A DNA stretch of 63,349 nt, filler included, from Candidatus Woesearchaeota archaeon (GCA_023266675.1; 8 parts of 8 records of this genome joined end to end with filler, not necessarily neighbours in it), one strand, 5' to 3'; positions 19,106 to 31,165 are shown, counted from the whole stretch's first letter. Notes: a model not told the origin generated them from the letters alone. Numbers and translations are program-made.

Positions 19106-19408
19106 CTATACGCTTCCTTTTCCTACTTTGGATAAAGGTCTTGCTTCAAATTCTGTTTCTCGTAGCATTAGTAAGTCGCCAAGCTGCACTGGTCCTTTGA
19201 CGTTTCTTCTTATTACTTTGTTTGCGTCCCGTCCTTCTAGGATTTTGCATCTGACCTGTATTGCTTCGCCTCTTGTTCCTGTTCTGCCGACTATTTCTTC
19301 GATTCTTGCAGGAACTGCGATTGTAAAGCTTACTGCGCCCTTTTTTTCCTCAGGAGCTGCTTGTGGTGCTGCTTGAGGTGTTTTTTGTTGTTCGGTTTTT
19401 TCAGCCAT
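19106..19408 (-). CDS. rps28e: Ribosomal protein eS28
   Basis: [14 protein letters not shown]...[17 protein letters not shown]. Confidence 0.95.
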   Translation of the reverse strand: MAEKTEQQKTPQAAPQAAPEEKKGAVSFTIAVPARIEEIVGRTGTRGEAIQVRCKILEGRDANKVIRRNVKGPVQLGDLLMLRETEFEARPLSKVGKGSV

Positions 19409-19419
19409 TTTTATTGCAC

Positions 19420-19764
19420 CTAGTTATCTTTTCTTTTTCCTTTTGGTGCTGGTTTTGATTGTGTCTCTTTTGAATCTCCTTCATTTACAACTGCTACTGC
19501 TGCGGTTCCAAGTGAGAGTCCAGCTGCTGCGCCTAGGTCATTTTTGCTTCCTACTTCTATGCATTCGATTCCTTTCTCTTTGCACATTAATGGGATATGC
19601 ATGATTATTTCTTTTGGAGTTACGTCGTTAGCTATAGCGACTAGTTTTGTGTTTCCTCGCTCGATTGCTTTTGTTACTTCGTTTGCTCCTTTCTTGATTT
19701 TTCCTGTTGATTTTGCTAATTCTATTGTTTGGTATGCTCTTTCTATCTGTTCTTTGTCTGACAT
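19420..19764 (-). CDS. rpl7ae: Ribosomal protein L7Ae
   Basis: [23 protein letters not shown]; start at ATG 19764 after GGAGG. Confidence 0.95.
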   Translation of the reverse strand: MSDKEQIERAYQTIELAKSTGKIKKGANEVTKAIERGNTKLVAIANDVTPKEIIMHIPLMCKEKGIECIEVGSKNDLGAAAGLSLGTAAVAVVNEGDSKETQSKPAPKGKRKDN

Positions 19765-19987
19765 TTTGTATTCCTCCACGAATATTTTTGTTTTTGTTAA
19801 TATGAGGCTAAGAAATCTTTTCCTCATTCAGATAAGCATATGCTTATCGTCATTAATCACTGGTACGCTTTAGAAAATTATGGATGTTTATAAGGATTGC
19901 GGTTTGTACTCTTAAACTGAATAAGTGAGAAGATTTATAAGTTTGGTAAAGAACAAGTTTAATTGTATAAGAATAAATTAGTTAAAA

Positions 19988-20286
19988 TGAAAAAAGATAG
20001 AAAGAATAAATTGAGTGATTATGATATAACAATTTTAGTGTTAATTATTGGTCCGATTATGTTAGCATTCATTTTTGGGATTATATTTACAATACACCGG
20101 ATTATATACCAAGATTGGGATAGAGGTTGGAACTGGATAGCAGGGGTTACTGTATTTATTTTAATTATAATAGTTTTAGCATTAATAGGTATTGTATTAG
20201 AAACTCTTTTTCCAAAATCAAAAGTTGCAAAGAAGATTTCGACATTTTTAAAAGAGATATTAAGATATGTAGATATACAGTTTTAG
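19988..20286 (+). CDS. Small two-TM membrane protein
   Basis: Two hydrophobic helices; AT-rich. Confidence 0.65.
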
Positions 20287-20307
20287 AAAAGTGCTGAAAA
20301 AGAAAAA

Positions 20308-20790
20308 ATGATATTATCAATATTTTTACCTCATGAAGAATTTACAATTGTTTCTAATTTGGGAAATAATAAAATTAAAAAAATATTACAAGAGAATGTT
20401 GAACCTTACCAACAAAGAATTTTCGGTCTTTTTAATCCTTATCCTAATAACCATAAAAAATTTGCAGGAATTATAAAATTTAAGAGTAATGAGTTTCAAA
20501 TAAACAGAATAATCCATTATAAGAATGGTGCTTTGCCAATAATAACTGGAGAAATTGAGGATAAAAGAATAAACATTAAAATGAGAGTAGATAGTTTACA
20601 AGTAAAAGTTTTATACTTGCTGTTTGGTTTGCCAATTTTTTTGGCTATTACCCAACCTGAAAGAGCAGGTGCATATTTATTTATAATTAGTTGTTTCTAT
20701 ATTTTAATGATGGGAGGTTTTAAGATTGAATCAAAGATACAAAGAAAATTTCTATTGAGAATATTTAAAGGTAAATTAGTTATAAAGTAA
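20308..20790 (+). CDS. Hypothetical membrane protein
   Basis: Soluble N-terminal domain plus two C-terminal TM helices. Confidence 0.7.
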   Translation: MILSIFLPHEEFTIVSNLGNNKIKKILQENVEPYQQRIFGLFNPYPNNHKKFAGIIKFKSNEFQINRIIHYKNGALPIITGEIEDKRINIKMRVDSLQVKVLYLLFGLPIFLAITQPERAGAYLFIISCFYILMMGGFKIESKIQRKFLLRIFKGKLVIK

Positions 20791-20846
20791 TAAAAAAATT
20801 AGTATTCCCAAAACCATTATATATCTCTTGTTGAAACTTGTTGATT

Positions 20847-21470
20847 ATGTCGATTGTTGATAAGATTGTGTCTGAGCTGATTGTGTTTATTACTAATTTC
20901 ATTTCTATGACTGGTTATTTTGGCGTATTTGTGCTTATGGCGCTTGAATCTACGATGGTTCCTTTGCCGTCAGAGCTTGTGATGCCGTTTGCAGGATACC
21001 TTGCATATCAAGGAGTTTTCAATATTTATGCAGTCTGCATAATCTCAGCTCTTGGAACAGTGTTTGGCTCACTCGTATCATATTATATAGGTAAGTTTGG
21101 CGGCGAACCTTTCCTAAAAAAGTATGGTAAATATTTTTTTATAAACCATAAAGACCTTGAAAAAACCCATGCATGGTTCAAAAAGAGAGGCGACAAGACA
21201 ATATTTATCTCAAGATTCATCCCTGTAGTTCGCCACTTAATCTCTATTCCTGCAGGGATTGCAGAGATGGACAAGAAGAAATTTATTTTATACACTTTTC
21301 TTGGCGGACTCATTTGGAACAGTTTCTTGGCATACCTTGGTTATAAGCTAGCAGAGAAATGGGAAGTTGTGCATGAATATACAAAGCCTTTAAGCTATGC
21401 TGCATTAGTATTAATCATTGTTGGCGTTGTCTACTTTTACTATAATCATATTAAGAAAAATAAAGAATAA
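20847..21470 (+). CDS. DedA-family membrane protein
   Basis: LES..VPLPSELVMPFAG, SRFIPVVRHLISIPAG. Confidence 0.92.
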   Translation: MSIVDKIVSELIVFITNFISMTGYFGVFVLMALESTMVPLPSELVMPFAGYLAYQGVFNIYAVCIISALGTVFGSLVSYYIGKFGGEPFLKKYGKYFFINHKDLEKTHAWFKKRGDKTIFISRFIPVVRHLISIPAGIAEMDKKKFILYTFLGGLIWNSFLAYLGYKLAEKWEVVHEYTKPLSYAALVLIIVGVVYFYYNHIKKNKE

Positions 21471-21704
21471 TCATGTTGTGTCTATAAACAGTCTTTCTGA
21501 TGTAAAGTGTTGCGGGTTGTCCTCAATGAAAACTTCTGAGTCGCATTTGTCGCAGCGAAAGAAGATTGTTATTGCGCCGTCAATTGATATTACTTCCTGA
21601 AGATTCTCGCAGTTTAGGCATCGTCTCTTCTCAATCCCAACTCCTTTCATATTGGAGTCCTCAAGACTTGCCATACCTATTATCTGATTGACAATAGCAA
21701 TCAC
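21471..21704 (-). CDS. Small zinc-finger protein
   Basis: CLNC...CDKC; start uncertain. Confidence 0.55.
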   Translation of the reverse strand: MIAIVNQIIGMASLEDSNMKGVGIEKRRCLNCENLQEVISIDGAITIFFRCDKCDSEVFIEDNPQHFTSERLFIDTT

Positions 21705-21852
21705 CCCTCTATTTTAGTATAATGTTTGATTTCTATAAAAGGGTATGCCATATAATGTATATATAAGGGTTATATCCAAAGTTAAAGAAGTTATGTTAGG
21801 ATTAAATTAATAATTTAGAATAAAATGTGGAATAATAAAATAAAAATATTAA

Positions 21853-21980
21853 GAAAAATTTATCGTTTTTCCATGTGCTCAAAAATTAGAAATTTTTGGC
21901 ATAGGAAAAACTTATCGTTTTTCTATACAATCAAAACTATAAAAACAAAGTTTTTATGTCCCAAAAATTAGAAATTTTTG
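21853..21980. repeat. Cluster of short palindromic REP-like units
   Basis: GAAAAA(T/C)TTATCGTTTTTC x2 and CAAAAATTAGAAATTTTTG x2. Confidence 0.75.
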
Positions 21981-22016
21981 TGGAAATTAAGAATTTTTTG
22001 TGCATGAAAAAAAGTC

Positions 22017-22205
22017 TTACTTTTTCTCCATGTAATTGCATTTGCCGCAGGTTCTTCTGTCCTTGTGTTCAGCCATTAGTGTGCCTGCGCCGCATTTTGG
22101 GCATGATTTGTTTTTTGCTTTTGCGCCGTCGTAAAGTTTTCCTATTTGAAATCCTTTTGCTTTCTTTGGTGCTGCTGCCTTAGCTGCTGGTTTTTTTTCT
22201 GCCAT
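22017..22205 (-). CDS. rps27ae: Ribosomal protein eS31 (S27ae)
   Basis: [22 protein letters not shown]. Confidence 0.95.
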   Translation of the reverse strand: MAEKKPAAKAAAPKKAKGFQIGKLYDGAKAKNKSCPKCGAGTLMAEHKDRRTCGKCNYMEKK

Positions 22206-22222
22206 TTTTAATCATTATCTCC

Positions 22223-22491
22223 TTATTTCTTGTCAGCTTTTCCTGCTGCAGGGTTTTTTGGTTTTGCTTCTTTAAGCCCTTGTTTTACAAGTGTTCTGTC
22301 TTCTTCATATTTTTCCATTGTTGCTGCATCTTTGTAAACGTGAGCTATTATTTTTGAGGATGTGTTTCCAAACTGCGTGTAGATGTGCCTTATTGCGATG
22401 TGGTCTTCTTTTACTCCCAGTTTTTTTGAAACTTCCTTTGCCGCATTTTTTCGTGACAGTGTTTTTCCATCCTGTGATGAGTATCCGAATG
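22223..22491 (-). CDS. rps24e: Ribosomal protein eS24, 5' truncated (missing from ORF track)
   Basis: Manual translation ...TLSRKNAAKEVSKKLGVKEDHIAIRHIYTQFGNTSSKIIAHVYKD...; canonical position before eS31. Confidence 0.85.
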
Positions 22492-22591
22492 NNNNNNNNN
22501 NNNNNNNNNNNNNNNNNNNNNNNNNNNNNNNNNNNTTAATTAATTAANNNNNNNNNNNNNNNNNNNNNNNNNNNNNNNNNNNNNNNNNNNN

Positions 22592-23067
22592 ATTAATGGA
22601 TTTGCATGAACAGCCATCCATATTATTATCGCAAGAACAAGCGAAATCACAGCATAGAACCAGATTCCTATGCTTGAAAAAAACTTTTCAGTTCTAATAA
22701 GTCCGTACTCTTTTTTCTCTAAAAATAACCAATGGAAAAACAGGAAAACAAGGAATACTCCGCCGCCAACAAGAAGCATTGGCGCTGATGACTCTATCGC
22801 ATGTGCAACAGACGGGTCATTGCTGAAAGTTGCAGTTAAAGAGCCGATAAATCCGAGAGCCGGATTTGTAGCCCAGACAATTACCCACGGAAGAAATCCA
22901 CGCACAACGAATACTGCAAACAATATGCCCCATAGTAGGAACCATCGTCTTGCTTTCTTGGACATTGTTGAGAGCACTTCAGCATTTATTATTGCGTTAT
23001 CAATGCTAGAAATTACTTCAAAAAGAACAAGTCCAAAAACAATGAGCAAGATTGTTATTAAATCCAT
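22592..23067 (-). CDS. DUF475 (TerC-like) membrane protein, N-terminal part
   Basis: LFEVISSIDNAIINA..L..M, FLLWGILFAVFVVRG; continues at 63331-62860. Confidence 0.85.
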
Positions 23068-23125
23068 TTAAATCCACATTTTTTTCTTATTTTATTTAAA
23101 TGTTGCTGTTGGATACTAAGTTGTT

Positions 23126-23617
23126 CTAAGGATTTTTCCCAAAATAAGTTTTTAGAAAGTTTAAGACAGGAGAGCGAGAGAAATCCAAAAAAGGAGAACG
23201 AGTATGTTTGCTAAGTAACCTAATTTTATCTTCAAGAAGTTCAGTCTCTTTTTTTTTTAACTCACGCCTTAACCCCCAATAGGTATCAAATACTCGTTTG
23301 TCTTGTTTATCTGAAGCCCCCATAAATACAACATCGATAGAAGGGTCCAGGCTTCCATGGTCATACCCAGAATAATGCACCCTCATGCAATCTGCATCTG
23401 GAGTTTTATATACTTCAAGAAAAGGAACATGTCGGTTATTATCCAGATAAGTGTGTGTTAAAAAAAAGTGTGATTTTCCATTAAATCCGACGTAAATCGC
23501 ATTAACCCCTTCAATTCCTCCTTTAGGAAACCCAAGCCAGTATGATTCGCCATACTTTGGAGAGACATTTTCTTTTCTTTCTATATAAGGATTTAATTCC
23601 CTGTTTTCCCAAACCAT
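23126..23617 (-). CDS. Hypothetical protein
   Basis: 163-aa ORF, no recognised motif. Confidence 0.65.
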   Translation of the reverse strand: MVWENRELNPYIERKENVSPKYGESYWLGFPKGGIEGVNAIYVGFNGKSHFFLTHTYLDNNRHVPFLEVYKTPDADCMRVHYSGYDHGSLDPSIDVVFMGASDKQDKRVFDTYWGLRRELKKKETELLEDKIRLLSKHTRSPFLDFSRSPVLNFLKTYFGKNP

Positions 23618-23839
23618 TCTGTAACGAAAAAAAAGACTATTAATAAACCTTACTGAATAGTGGCAAATAGATAAAGGATACTACTAAAAATAATAATTTC
23701 AAGAAAAGGTAAATACCTAAATATTTTTGATTTTACAAAAAAACAATTTATAAAAAATAAATTTTATTTTTCAGTAGGTTTATATACCCCCTTAGGTTGA
23801 TATTAATCATATTTAAATTATTTTTCAGGTTAAATTAAA

Positions 23840-25096
23840 ATGATTCACTTTAGCACAATAAAAGGAAAAAATATTATGGATGTGAACGGAAGAATAATAG
23901 GTCCGCTCATAGATTTCACGATAACACCAGAAGGAAAATTTGCAAGAATAACATCGTTTGTTACAAAAATAAATGGTGAACGAAGAAAAATTCCTCATAA
24001 ATTCGTAATAAAATATGACAAACAGATACATTTGAATGCGCCTTTTGCAAAAATACCAATACTAAAAGAAGAAGAAAACGAGTTCTCTCTAGTCAATAAT
24101 GTTCTTGACATGCAGGTTGTCGACACAGAAGGGCTAAAAGTTGTGCGGGTAAATGATGTGCTTTTGTCAGTTAGAGACAATGCTCTTGCAGTTACATCTG
24201 TTGATGTCGGATTCAAAGGTTTTGTAAGACGAGTCGGTCTTGAAAAATTTTCAATATTTAAAAATGTAAAAGACCAGATAATTCCTTGGGAGTTTGTCGC
24301 GCCGCTTGAGATTAACACAAAAAAGATCCAATTGAATATTCCTAAAACAAAGCTTTCAACTATACACCCTGCAGACCTTGCAGACATAATGGAAGACTTA
24401 AGCCATAAAGAAAGAGCGATGATTTTCAACACGCTTGACGAAGAAGTTGCCGCAAAAACAGTGAGAGAATCAACCACCAAGGTTCAGAAATCAATATTCA
24501 AAAATCTAAGCCCTGAAAAAATTGCAGAGCTGCTTGATGAGCTTCAGCCTGAAGAAGCTGCAGACCTTCTTTTTGAAATGCCTGAAAACGAGGCAAGCGA
24601 AGTCATGAATCTTCTGAAAAATACAAATATCAAAGAAATAAGAGAAATAATGACTTACGGAAAAGAAACTGCTGGTGGACTTATGAAAACAAATTACATC
24701 GCAGTATCATCAAAAACAACAGCTGAGGATGTGATAGACCATTTAAGAAAGATAACGCCAAACGCAAGCGACCTTTATTATATTTATGTCCTTGGAGAGC
24801 AGGGAGTTTTACTTGGAGTATTGTCGCTTAAAAATCTTATAGTTGCAAACCCAAAAGAAATTGCAGAGAATCTCATGCATAAAAGAATGACAAGCGTAAA
24901 CCTTCGAACAAAAAAAGAAGAGATAGCAAATATTATCTCAAAATATAATTTAATCGCACTCCCAGTGGTTAACGACAAAGGACAGCTTGAAGGAGTAATC
25001 AGAAGCGATACGATACTTGATATCTCAATACCTGAACGATGGAAAGGCAAAGTCAAGCGCCACAGACGCTACAACACGTTTAAACGAAGACAGTAA
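23840..25096 (+). CDS. Cytosolic MgtE-N/CBS-domain protein with PRC barrels
   Basis: QVVDTEGLKVVRVND, HPADLADI, ETAGGLM, tandem CBS domains; no TM region. Confidence 0.9.
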   Translation: MIHFSTIKGKNIMDVNGRIIGPLIDFTITPEGKFARITSFVTKINGERRKIPHKFVIKYDKQIHLNAPFAKIPILKEEENEFSLVNNVLDMQVVDTEGLKVVRVNDVLLSVRDNALAVTSVDVGFKGFVRRVGLEKFSIFKNVKDQIIPWEFVAPLEINTKKIQLNIPKTKLSTIHPADLADIMEDLSHKERAMIFNTLDEEVAAKTVRESTTKVQKSIFKNLSPEKIAELLDELQPEEAADLLFEMPENEASEVMNLLKNTNIKEIREIMTYGKETAGGLMKTNYIAVSSKTTAEDVIDHLRKITPNASDLYYIYVLGEQGVLLGVLSLKNLIVANPKEIAENLMHKRMTSVNLRTKKEEIANIISKYNLIALPVVNDKGQLEGVIRSDTILDISIPERWKGKVKRHRRYNTFKRRQ

Positions 25097-25182
25097 CAAA
25101 TTATTTCTAAAAAAAGTAGATTATATAAACCCTAAACTTTCCTTAAATTATAAATAAAAAAACATAACTAATTTGGTGATGC

Positions 25183-26427
25183 ATGAAATTAAACTGGAAA
25201 TCGTTTGCTATTTTTTTAGCAGTTATAGGCCCTGGAATAATAACTTCAAACGTTGACAATGACGCAGGAGGCATAACAACGTATTCTCTTGCAGGCGCAA
25301 ATTTTGGATACACACTGTTATGGCTTTTAATACCAATAACAGTTCTTCTAATCATCGTTCAGGAAATGGGAGTCAGGATGGGGGTTGTCACAGGAAAAGG
25401 ACTCTCAGACCTCATACGCGAGAATTTTGGCGTCAAGACAACGCTTATGGTCATGACTGCGCTAGTGATTGCGAACTTTGGAAACGTCGTTGCAGAGTTT
25501 GCAGGAATCGCCGCTGCTGGCGAAATATTTGGCGTGTCAAGATACATCCTTGTGCCGCTAGCGGCAATTGGCGTCTGGTTTTTAGTCGTTAAAGGAAATT
25601 ATAAATTTGTAGAAAAAATATTTTTATGGGCATGTCTCTTTTACGTTGCGTATATCATCTCAGGATTCATGGCAAAACCGGTATGGATGGACGTTGCAAG
25701 AAGCACATTCATGCCAGTATTTCCAACAACAAACATCATCCCTTACATTATTATGGTAATCGGTCTTGTCGGAACAACAATTGCGCCATGGATGCAGTTT
25801 TATCTCCAAAGCTCAATCGTTGAGAAAGGCATAAAGTTAGAAGAATATAAATACTCAAAATGGGATGTAGTAATAGGAAGCATACTTGTTAACGTCGTTG
25901 CATTCTTTATAATATTAACATGCGCAATAATATTTATGAGCGGTGAACATGTTGAAACAATAAAGGATGTTGAAATCGCGCTTATGCCACTGGCAGGAAA
26001 ATACGCGACATATATATTTGCTTTTGGGCTACTTAATGCAAGCATATTTGCAGCATCAATACTCCCGCTCTCAACTGCTTACTCTGTATCTGAAGGGATA
26101 GGTTTTGAATCCGGGATAAACAAAAAGTTTCGTGAAGCACCGCAGTTCTACATTATTTATACTCTTCTTATTGTGCTTGGAGCAGCAATAATATTAATAC
26201 CCGGAATTTCGCTTATAACAATAATGTATATATCCCAGGTTTTAAACGGGATACTCTTGCCGTTTGTGCTTATATACATGCTTTTACTCATAAACAAGAA
26301 ATCCCTTATGGGAAAATATGTCAACAATGGAGTTCAGAACTTCATATCATGGACTTCAATAATTGCAATAATCGCATTGACAGCAATTCTTGTAGTGTCA
26401 TATATTTTGCCAAATTATTTTGCTTGA
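25183..26427 (+). CDS. NRAMP-family divalent metal transporter
   Basis: GPGII...DNDAGGITTY, GTTIAPWMQF, many TM helices. Confidence 0.92.
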   Translation: MKLNWKSFAIFLAVIGPGIITSNVDNDAGGITTYSLAGANFGYTLLWLLIPITVLLIIVQEMGVRMGVVTGKGLSDLIRENFGVKTTLMVMTALVIANFGNVVAEFAGIAAAGEIFGVSRYILVPLAAIGVWFLVVKGNYKFVEKIFLWACLFYVAYIISGFMAKPVWMDVARSTFMPVFPTTNIIPYIIMVIGLVGTTIAPWMQFYLQSSIVEKGIKLEEYKYSKWDVVIGSILVNVVAFFIILTCAIIFMSGEHVETIKDVEIALMPLAGKYATYIFAFGLLNASIFAASILPLSTAYSVSEGIGFESGINKKFREAPQFYIIYTLLIVLGAAIILIPGISLITIMYISQVLNGILLPFVLIYMLLLINKKSLMGKYVNNGVQNFISWTSIIAIIALTAILVVSYILPNYFA

Positions 26428-26489
26428 AGTCATGTTAAACAAAGAAGTTATTAATGAATGATTATGTTTAAAATTATAGAGGTGTCGTT

Positions 26490-26951
26490 ATGATAAAAGT
26501 TGGAAAAAAAGCAATTGATTTTAAATTAAAAGACAAAGACTCAAAAGTTTGGTCTCTAAAGAATATTAAGACAAAGTTTACAGTTATTTATTTTTACCCA
26601 AAAGACAACACTCCTGGGTGCACAATTGAAGCTATTGATTTCTCAAAGAGTATGGAGAAGCTAAAAAAAGCCAGTGCAACTGTTATTGGAATAAGCGGCG
26701 GAAACGAGAAATCAAAGGAAAAATTCTGCAAAAAAAACAATCTCTCTGTTTTACTGTTGTCTGACACAGATTTTGAAGTGTCAAAGAAATATGGACTATA
26801 CGGCGAGAAAAAGTTTATGGGAAGAAAGTATATGGGTATTTTTAGGACAACACTGATACTTGACAAAAACAAGAAAATAATAAAAATTTATGAGAACGTA
26901 AAAATCCTCGGACACACAAATGAAGTTTTGGAATTTATAAAAGGAATATAA
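26490..26951 (+). CDS. bcp: Peroxiredoxin Q/BCP
   Basis: YFYPKDNTPGCTIEA. Confidence 0.92.
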   Translation: MIKVGKKAIDFKLKDKDSKVWSLKNIKTKFTVIYFYPKDNTPGCTIEAIDFSKSMEKLKKASATVIGISGGNEKSKEKFCKKNNLSVLLLSDTDFEVSKKYGLYGEKKFMGRKYMGIFRTTLILDKNKKIIKIYENVKILGHTNEVLEFIKGI

Positions 26952-27013
26952 TATTGTTTCTTGATAGTAATTACAAGAAAAAGATTTATAAGTAAAAGTT
27001 TAATACTATTAGC

Positions 27014-27781
27014 ATGATATTAACACCGCAGGAGCAAGAAAGCATATTGCCGGGCGTTTACAGAACTTCTTTTAATTATACAAATGGCGTTCCTGGAATA
27101 AGACCTGCAGAATCTAATTCGTTTAACATACCACTAGAACTGGAAGAATTGATTAAAGAAGATTTAACTAAAAAAGGACATCATGAAATTATAACTGGAA
27201 AAGAAAAACCATCTGTCAGAGGAGATTGGTCTAAAAGAACATATTTTCCATCAATTGATTCTTTTTTAGATGGATGGAAAAAAGGATATGAAACAAATGT
27301 AAGTCAATTTGGAACAAATCAAGTTTATAACAAATTAGGATTTGAACTTTTCTACGTTAATTGGAAGCCTAATTCAGATTTTTTTGCATTTGGAAAACAC
27401 GAAGGAATCCAATACATTGGAGACAGAGCAGACTTAAATCCGATTTTAATTTTAGCAGACAATAATGGAATGAATGATCAAAGAGGATATTTAAATTTAG
27501 GTATTAATGATTTTAGAAAATTAAAAGTTTATGTCTATAGAAAGACAGATGATGAAGGATTTAGAATAAGGGATAAAGACAAAATTGATTTGACAGGAAA
27601 CTCACCAAAGATACTTCGAAACGATTTATTATATTACACGGATTATCATGAGGTTGAAGAATTCCCTTTTGATTCACCAAATAGCCTGAAATCTGCTAAA
27701 AATATGTGGACGGCAGTAGGAATAAGCCCAATTGATATATATTCTGCAATTGAGAAATTAGGGTTTGTTTTTCCTAAGTAA
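27014..27781 (+). CDS. Hypothetical protein
   Basis: 255-aa ORF with upstream TTTATA box. Confidence 0.7.
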   Translation: MILTPQEQESILPGVYRTSFNYTNGVPGIRPAESNSFNIPLELEELIKEDLTKKGHHEIITGKEKPSVRGDWSKRTYFPSIDSFLDGWKKGYETNVSQFGTNQVYNKLGFELFYVNWKPNSDFFAFGKHEGIQYIGDRADLNPILILADNNGMNDQRGYLNLGINDFRKLKVYVYRKTDDEGFRIRDKDKIDLTGNSPKILRNDLLYYTDYHEVEEFPFDSPNSLKSAKNMWTAVGISPIDIYSAIEKLGFVFPK

Positions 27782-27789
27782 ATATAATT

Positions 27790-30567
27790 CTATAAAACTT
27801 TCTTTAAAAACATCCCTGTATAAGAATTTTTGACCTTCACAACTTCTTCAGGCGTTCCCTGTGCAATTATTTTCCCGCCTTCATCGCCTCCTTCAGGACC
27901 AAGGTCAATAATGTAGTCCGCTGTTTTTATGACGTCAAGATTATGCTCAATGACAACTATAGTGTTTCCTTTTCCTACAAGTCTGTTTAAAACTTCTATG
28001 AGTTTTTTTACGTCGTGAAAATGCAGTCCTGTTGTCGGCTCGTCAAGTAGATACAACGTGTTTCCTGTGTCCCGTTTTGAAAGCTCACGCGTTAGTTTTA
28101 TTCTCTGAGCCTCACCGCCTGAAAGTGTTGTTGACGACTGTCCAAGCTTAATATATCCAAGTCCAACATCATTTAGCGTCTCGATTTTTCTTTTTATTGG
28201 CGCAACGTTTTCAAAGAAAGCCAAAGCTTCTTCAACGCTCATACTAAGAACCTGCGCAATGTTTTTTCCCTTGAATGTGACGTCAAGCGTTTCCTTGTTG
28301 AATCTAGTGCCTTTACATTCTTCACATGTGACGTAAACGTCAGGCAAAAAGTTCATTTCTATTTTTATTACTCCGTCTCCTTCGCACGCTTCGCATCGCC
28401 CGCCTTGTACATTGAACGAGAAACGTCCAGGCTCAAATCCTCTTGATTTGGCTTCTTTGGTTAATGAAAATAAATATCTTATCTCGTCCCATACTTTAAT
28501 GTATGTAGCAGGGTTTGACCTTGGCGTTCGCCCAATTGGCGACTGGTCAATCATGATTAATTTGTCAACGTTTTTTGGAACGTCAATTCTTTGATGTTTT
28601 CCAGGTGTTTCTTTTGATCCGTATAGCTCCTTCATCAACGCCTTGTATAAAACCTCATGAATTAACGATGATTTCCCTGAGCCTGAAACGCCTGTAATTA
28701 CAGTTAATACTCCTGTTGGTATTTCTACATCGATGTTTTTTAAATTATTTTCTGATGCTGATTTTATTTTTATATAACTCTTTGACGTTCTTCGTTCATT
28801 TGGTGTTTCGATGAATAATTTTTTTGAAAGATATTGTCCTGTGATTGATTTAGGATTTTTCTCAATCTCCGACGGTGTACCCTGCGCTATTATTTCTCCG
28901 CCGTGAATTCCTGCGCCAGGACCCATGTCAACAACAAAATCTGCTGCGCGAATTGTGTCTTCATCGTGCTCAACAACTATTAATGTGTTTCCAATATCCC
29001 GGAGTTTATTTAGAGTTTCTATTAATTTATGATTATCTCTCTGGTGAAGCCCGATGCTTGGCTCGTCAAGAATGTATAACACCCCCATAAGATTTGATCC
29101 TATCTGAGTTGCAAGTCTTATCCTCTGCGCTTCGCCTCCTGAAAGTGACTCCGATGAACGTGATAAAGTAAGATAATTTAAACCAACATCAAGCAAAAAC
29201 TTTAATCTTGATTTAATCTCTTTTAAAATTTGTTTTGCAATGAATTCCTCTTTTTCTGTAAGTTTTGTCTGCTCAAAAAAGAATGCAGCATCTTTAATTG
29301 AGAATTCTGTAACGTCCATTATACTCATCTGATTTATTTTTACAGCCAATATCTTTTCTTTGAGTTTTTTACCTTTGCATTTTGGGCACGGAAGATGCCT
29401 CATGAACTTTTCTATCTCTGTTTTCCTGTAATCGGATTCTGTCTGCAGGTATAATCTTTCCATCTGATGCACTATCCCTTCCCAGTATTTTGAGCCTTCA
29501 CCCCAAAATGTCCTGATCTCTTTGTCAGACCCGTGCAGAATTATATCATATTGCTTGTCTGTCAAGGAATTAATTGGATCAAGTATGGAAAATCCGTATG
29601 CTTTGCCAACTGCTCCAAGCTCTTTTACACGCCATGAATCCATGACATTTTTGTATGCCTTTACAGCGCCGTCAGCAATGCTTAATGTTTTATCTGGAAT
29701 TATTAAGTCTGGGTCAATTTCAGCCTTAAATCCAAGTCCCGTGCATACTTCGCATGCTCCAAACGGCGAATTAAATGAGAACATTCTTGGCTCAAGCTCT
29801 TCAAATATGACGTCGCATTTGGGGCATGACATGTTTTTTGAGTAAAGTTTTTCGGATTTACTGTCTAGAACAATTACAAGTCCCTCAGCCTTTTTTAACG
29901 CTGCTTCAACTGCTTCTGTTACTCTGGAGATATCTTTTGTATTTGGGCGATCTATGACAATATCAATGTCATGTTTTTTCTGCTTGTCAAGATTAAGCTT
30001 TTCATCAGTTGATATAATTTTTTTGTTGACCCTGACTTTTGAGTATCCTTCTGCTTTTAAGTCTTCAATATTTTTTTCATAAGTTCCTTTTCTTTGGCGG
30101 ATTATTGGCGCAAGAATACTTATGTCTTTATTTTTGAAATCATTTACAATTTCTTCTGCAATAACCTGCGGAGTTTTTTTTTCTATTTTGATATTATGTG
30201 TCGGGCAAAACGGCGTTCCAATTCGCGCGTATAATAAACGAAGATAGTCATATATCTCCGTAACTGTTCCAACTGTACTTCGAGGGTTTTTTGAAGTTGT
30301 TTTCTGCTCGATGCTGATTGCAGGTGATAATCCGTCAATTGAATCAACGTCTGGCTTGTTCATAAGTCCAAGAAACTGCCTTGCATATGCTGACAATGAT
30401 TCGACATATCTCCTCTGTCCCTCAGCGTATATTGTATCAAACGCCAAAGTTGATTTTCCTGAACCAGATAAACCTGTGATAACTATGAATTTATTTCGAG
30501 GAAGTTCAATAGTTATGTTCTTTAAATTATGCTCCCTCGCCCCACGTACTATAAGATTGTTTTGCAT
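27790..30567 (-). CDS. uvrA: Excinuclease ABC subunit A
   Basis: [18 protein letters not shown], two LSGGEAQR signatures, zinc fingers. Confidence 0.97.
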   Translation of the reverse strand: MQNNLIVRGAREHNLKNITIELPRNKFIVITGLSGSGKSTLAFDTIYAEGQRRYVESLSAYARQFLGLMNKPDVDSIDGLSPAISIEQKTTSKNPRSTVGTVTEIYDYLRLLYARIGTPFCPTHNIKIEKKTPQVIAEEIVNDFKNKDISILAPIIRQRKGTYEKNIEDLKAEGYSKVRVNKKIISTDEKLNLDKQKKHDIDIVIDRPNTKDISRVTEAVEAALKKAEGLVIVLDSKSEKLYSKNMSCPKCDVIFEELEPRMFSFNSPFGACEVCTGLGFKAEIDPDLIIPDKTLSIADGAVKAYKNVMDSWRVKELGAVGKAYGFSILDPINSLTDKQYDIILHGSDKEIRTFWGEGSKYWEGIVHQMERLYLQTESDYRKTEIEKFMRHLPCPKCKGKKLKEKILAVKINQMSIMDVTEFSIKDAAFFFEQTKLTEKEEFIAKQILKEIKSRLKFLLDVGLNYLTLSRSSESLSGGEAQRIRLATQIGSNLMGVLYILDEPSIGLHQRDNHKLIETLNKLRDIGNTLIVVEHDEDTIRAADFVVDMGPGAGIHGGEIIAQGTPSEIEKNPKSITGQYLSKKLFIETPNERRTSKSYIKIKSASENNLKNIDVEIPTGVLTVITGVSGSGKSSLIHEVLYKALMKELYGSKETPGKHQRIDVPKNVDKLIMIDQSPIGRTPRSNPATYIKVWDEIRYLFSLTKEAKSRGFEPGRFSFNVQGGRCEACEGDGVIKIEMNFLPDVYVTCEECKGTRFNKETLDVTFKGKNIAQVLSMSVEEALAFFENVAPIKRKIETLNDVGLGYIKLGQSSTTLSGGEAQRIKLTRELSKRDTGNTLYLLDEPTTGLHFHDVKKLIEVLNRLVGKGNTIVVIEHNLDVIKTADYIIDLGPEGGDEGGKIIAQGTPEEVVKVKNSYTGMFLKKVL

Positions 30568-30611
30568 GTTTTCACGATTTTTTGAAGTATTTATAAGAGT
30601 TATGTTAAAGA

Positions 30612-30869
30612 CTAAATATTATCATAAATATTTTTTCGATGACCAATAAATCGTATCTCAATCTTTTTCTTATGTTTGTCAATGTCAGCTATTACTCTGT
30701 AATCACCGACTCTAAGTTTATAGTCAGCCCTGTCTGTCAATCTGATAAAAAAGTGAAACGGGTTTTCCTTTGCTGATTGGATTTTATTCCAGATTCTTTT
30801 TGCATCTTTTTTCTCTAATTTTTCTAAAAAGTCTATTGATTCACGGTCAAAAATCAGTTCATACACCAA
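30612..30869 (-). CDS. RelE/ParE-family toxin
   Basis: [19 protein letters not shown]. Confidence 0.92.
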   Translation of the reverse strand: MVYELIFDRESIDFLEKLEKKDAKRIWNKIQSAKENPFHFFIRLTDRADYKLRVGDYRVIADIDKHKKKIEIRFIGHRKNIYDNI

Positions 30870-30887
30870 TAATCACCATTGTTTTCA

Positions 30888-31127
30888 TCAAAAACCAAGC
30901 CTCTTTTTTGCTTCAGCTTCAGTAATAAAATTCCCTTCTTTCATGCGTTTTCTTGCTTTTTCTATTGATTCAATGGTTTCTTTGCTTAGTTTTGGGTTTG
31001 TTTTTGATGTATTCGCTATGTATATGACTTTTTTAATAACTTCATCATAGCTTTCATTCTTATACTCCCTGAACTGGTCAAGACCCGATTTTGTTTCTGT
31101 ATGTATTTTTATTGTTGTTTCACTCAT
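30888..31127 (-). CDS. Archaeal RHH-type antitoxin
   Basis: TTIKI..ETK..LD...ESYDEVI, EAKKRLG; directly upstream of toxin. Confidence 0.85.
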   Translation of the reverse strand: MSETTIKIHTETKSGLDQFREYKNESYDEVIKKVIYIANTSKTNPKLSKETIESIEKARKRMKEGNFITEAEAKKRLGF

Positions 31128-31139
31128 GATATCACCTTT

Positions 31140-31165
31140 GTATACTATGGTATACTTAGGTATAT
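31140..31165. promoter_or_regulatory. Probable TA autorepression operator
   Basis: GTATAC, GTATAC, GTATAT at exact 10-bp period between TATA-like box and start. Confidence 0.55.
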
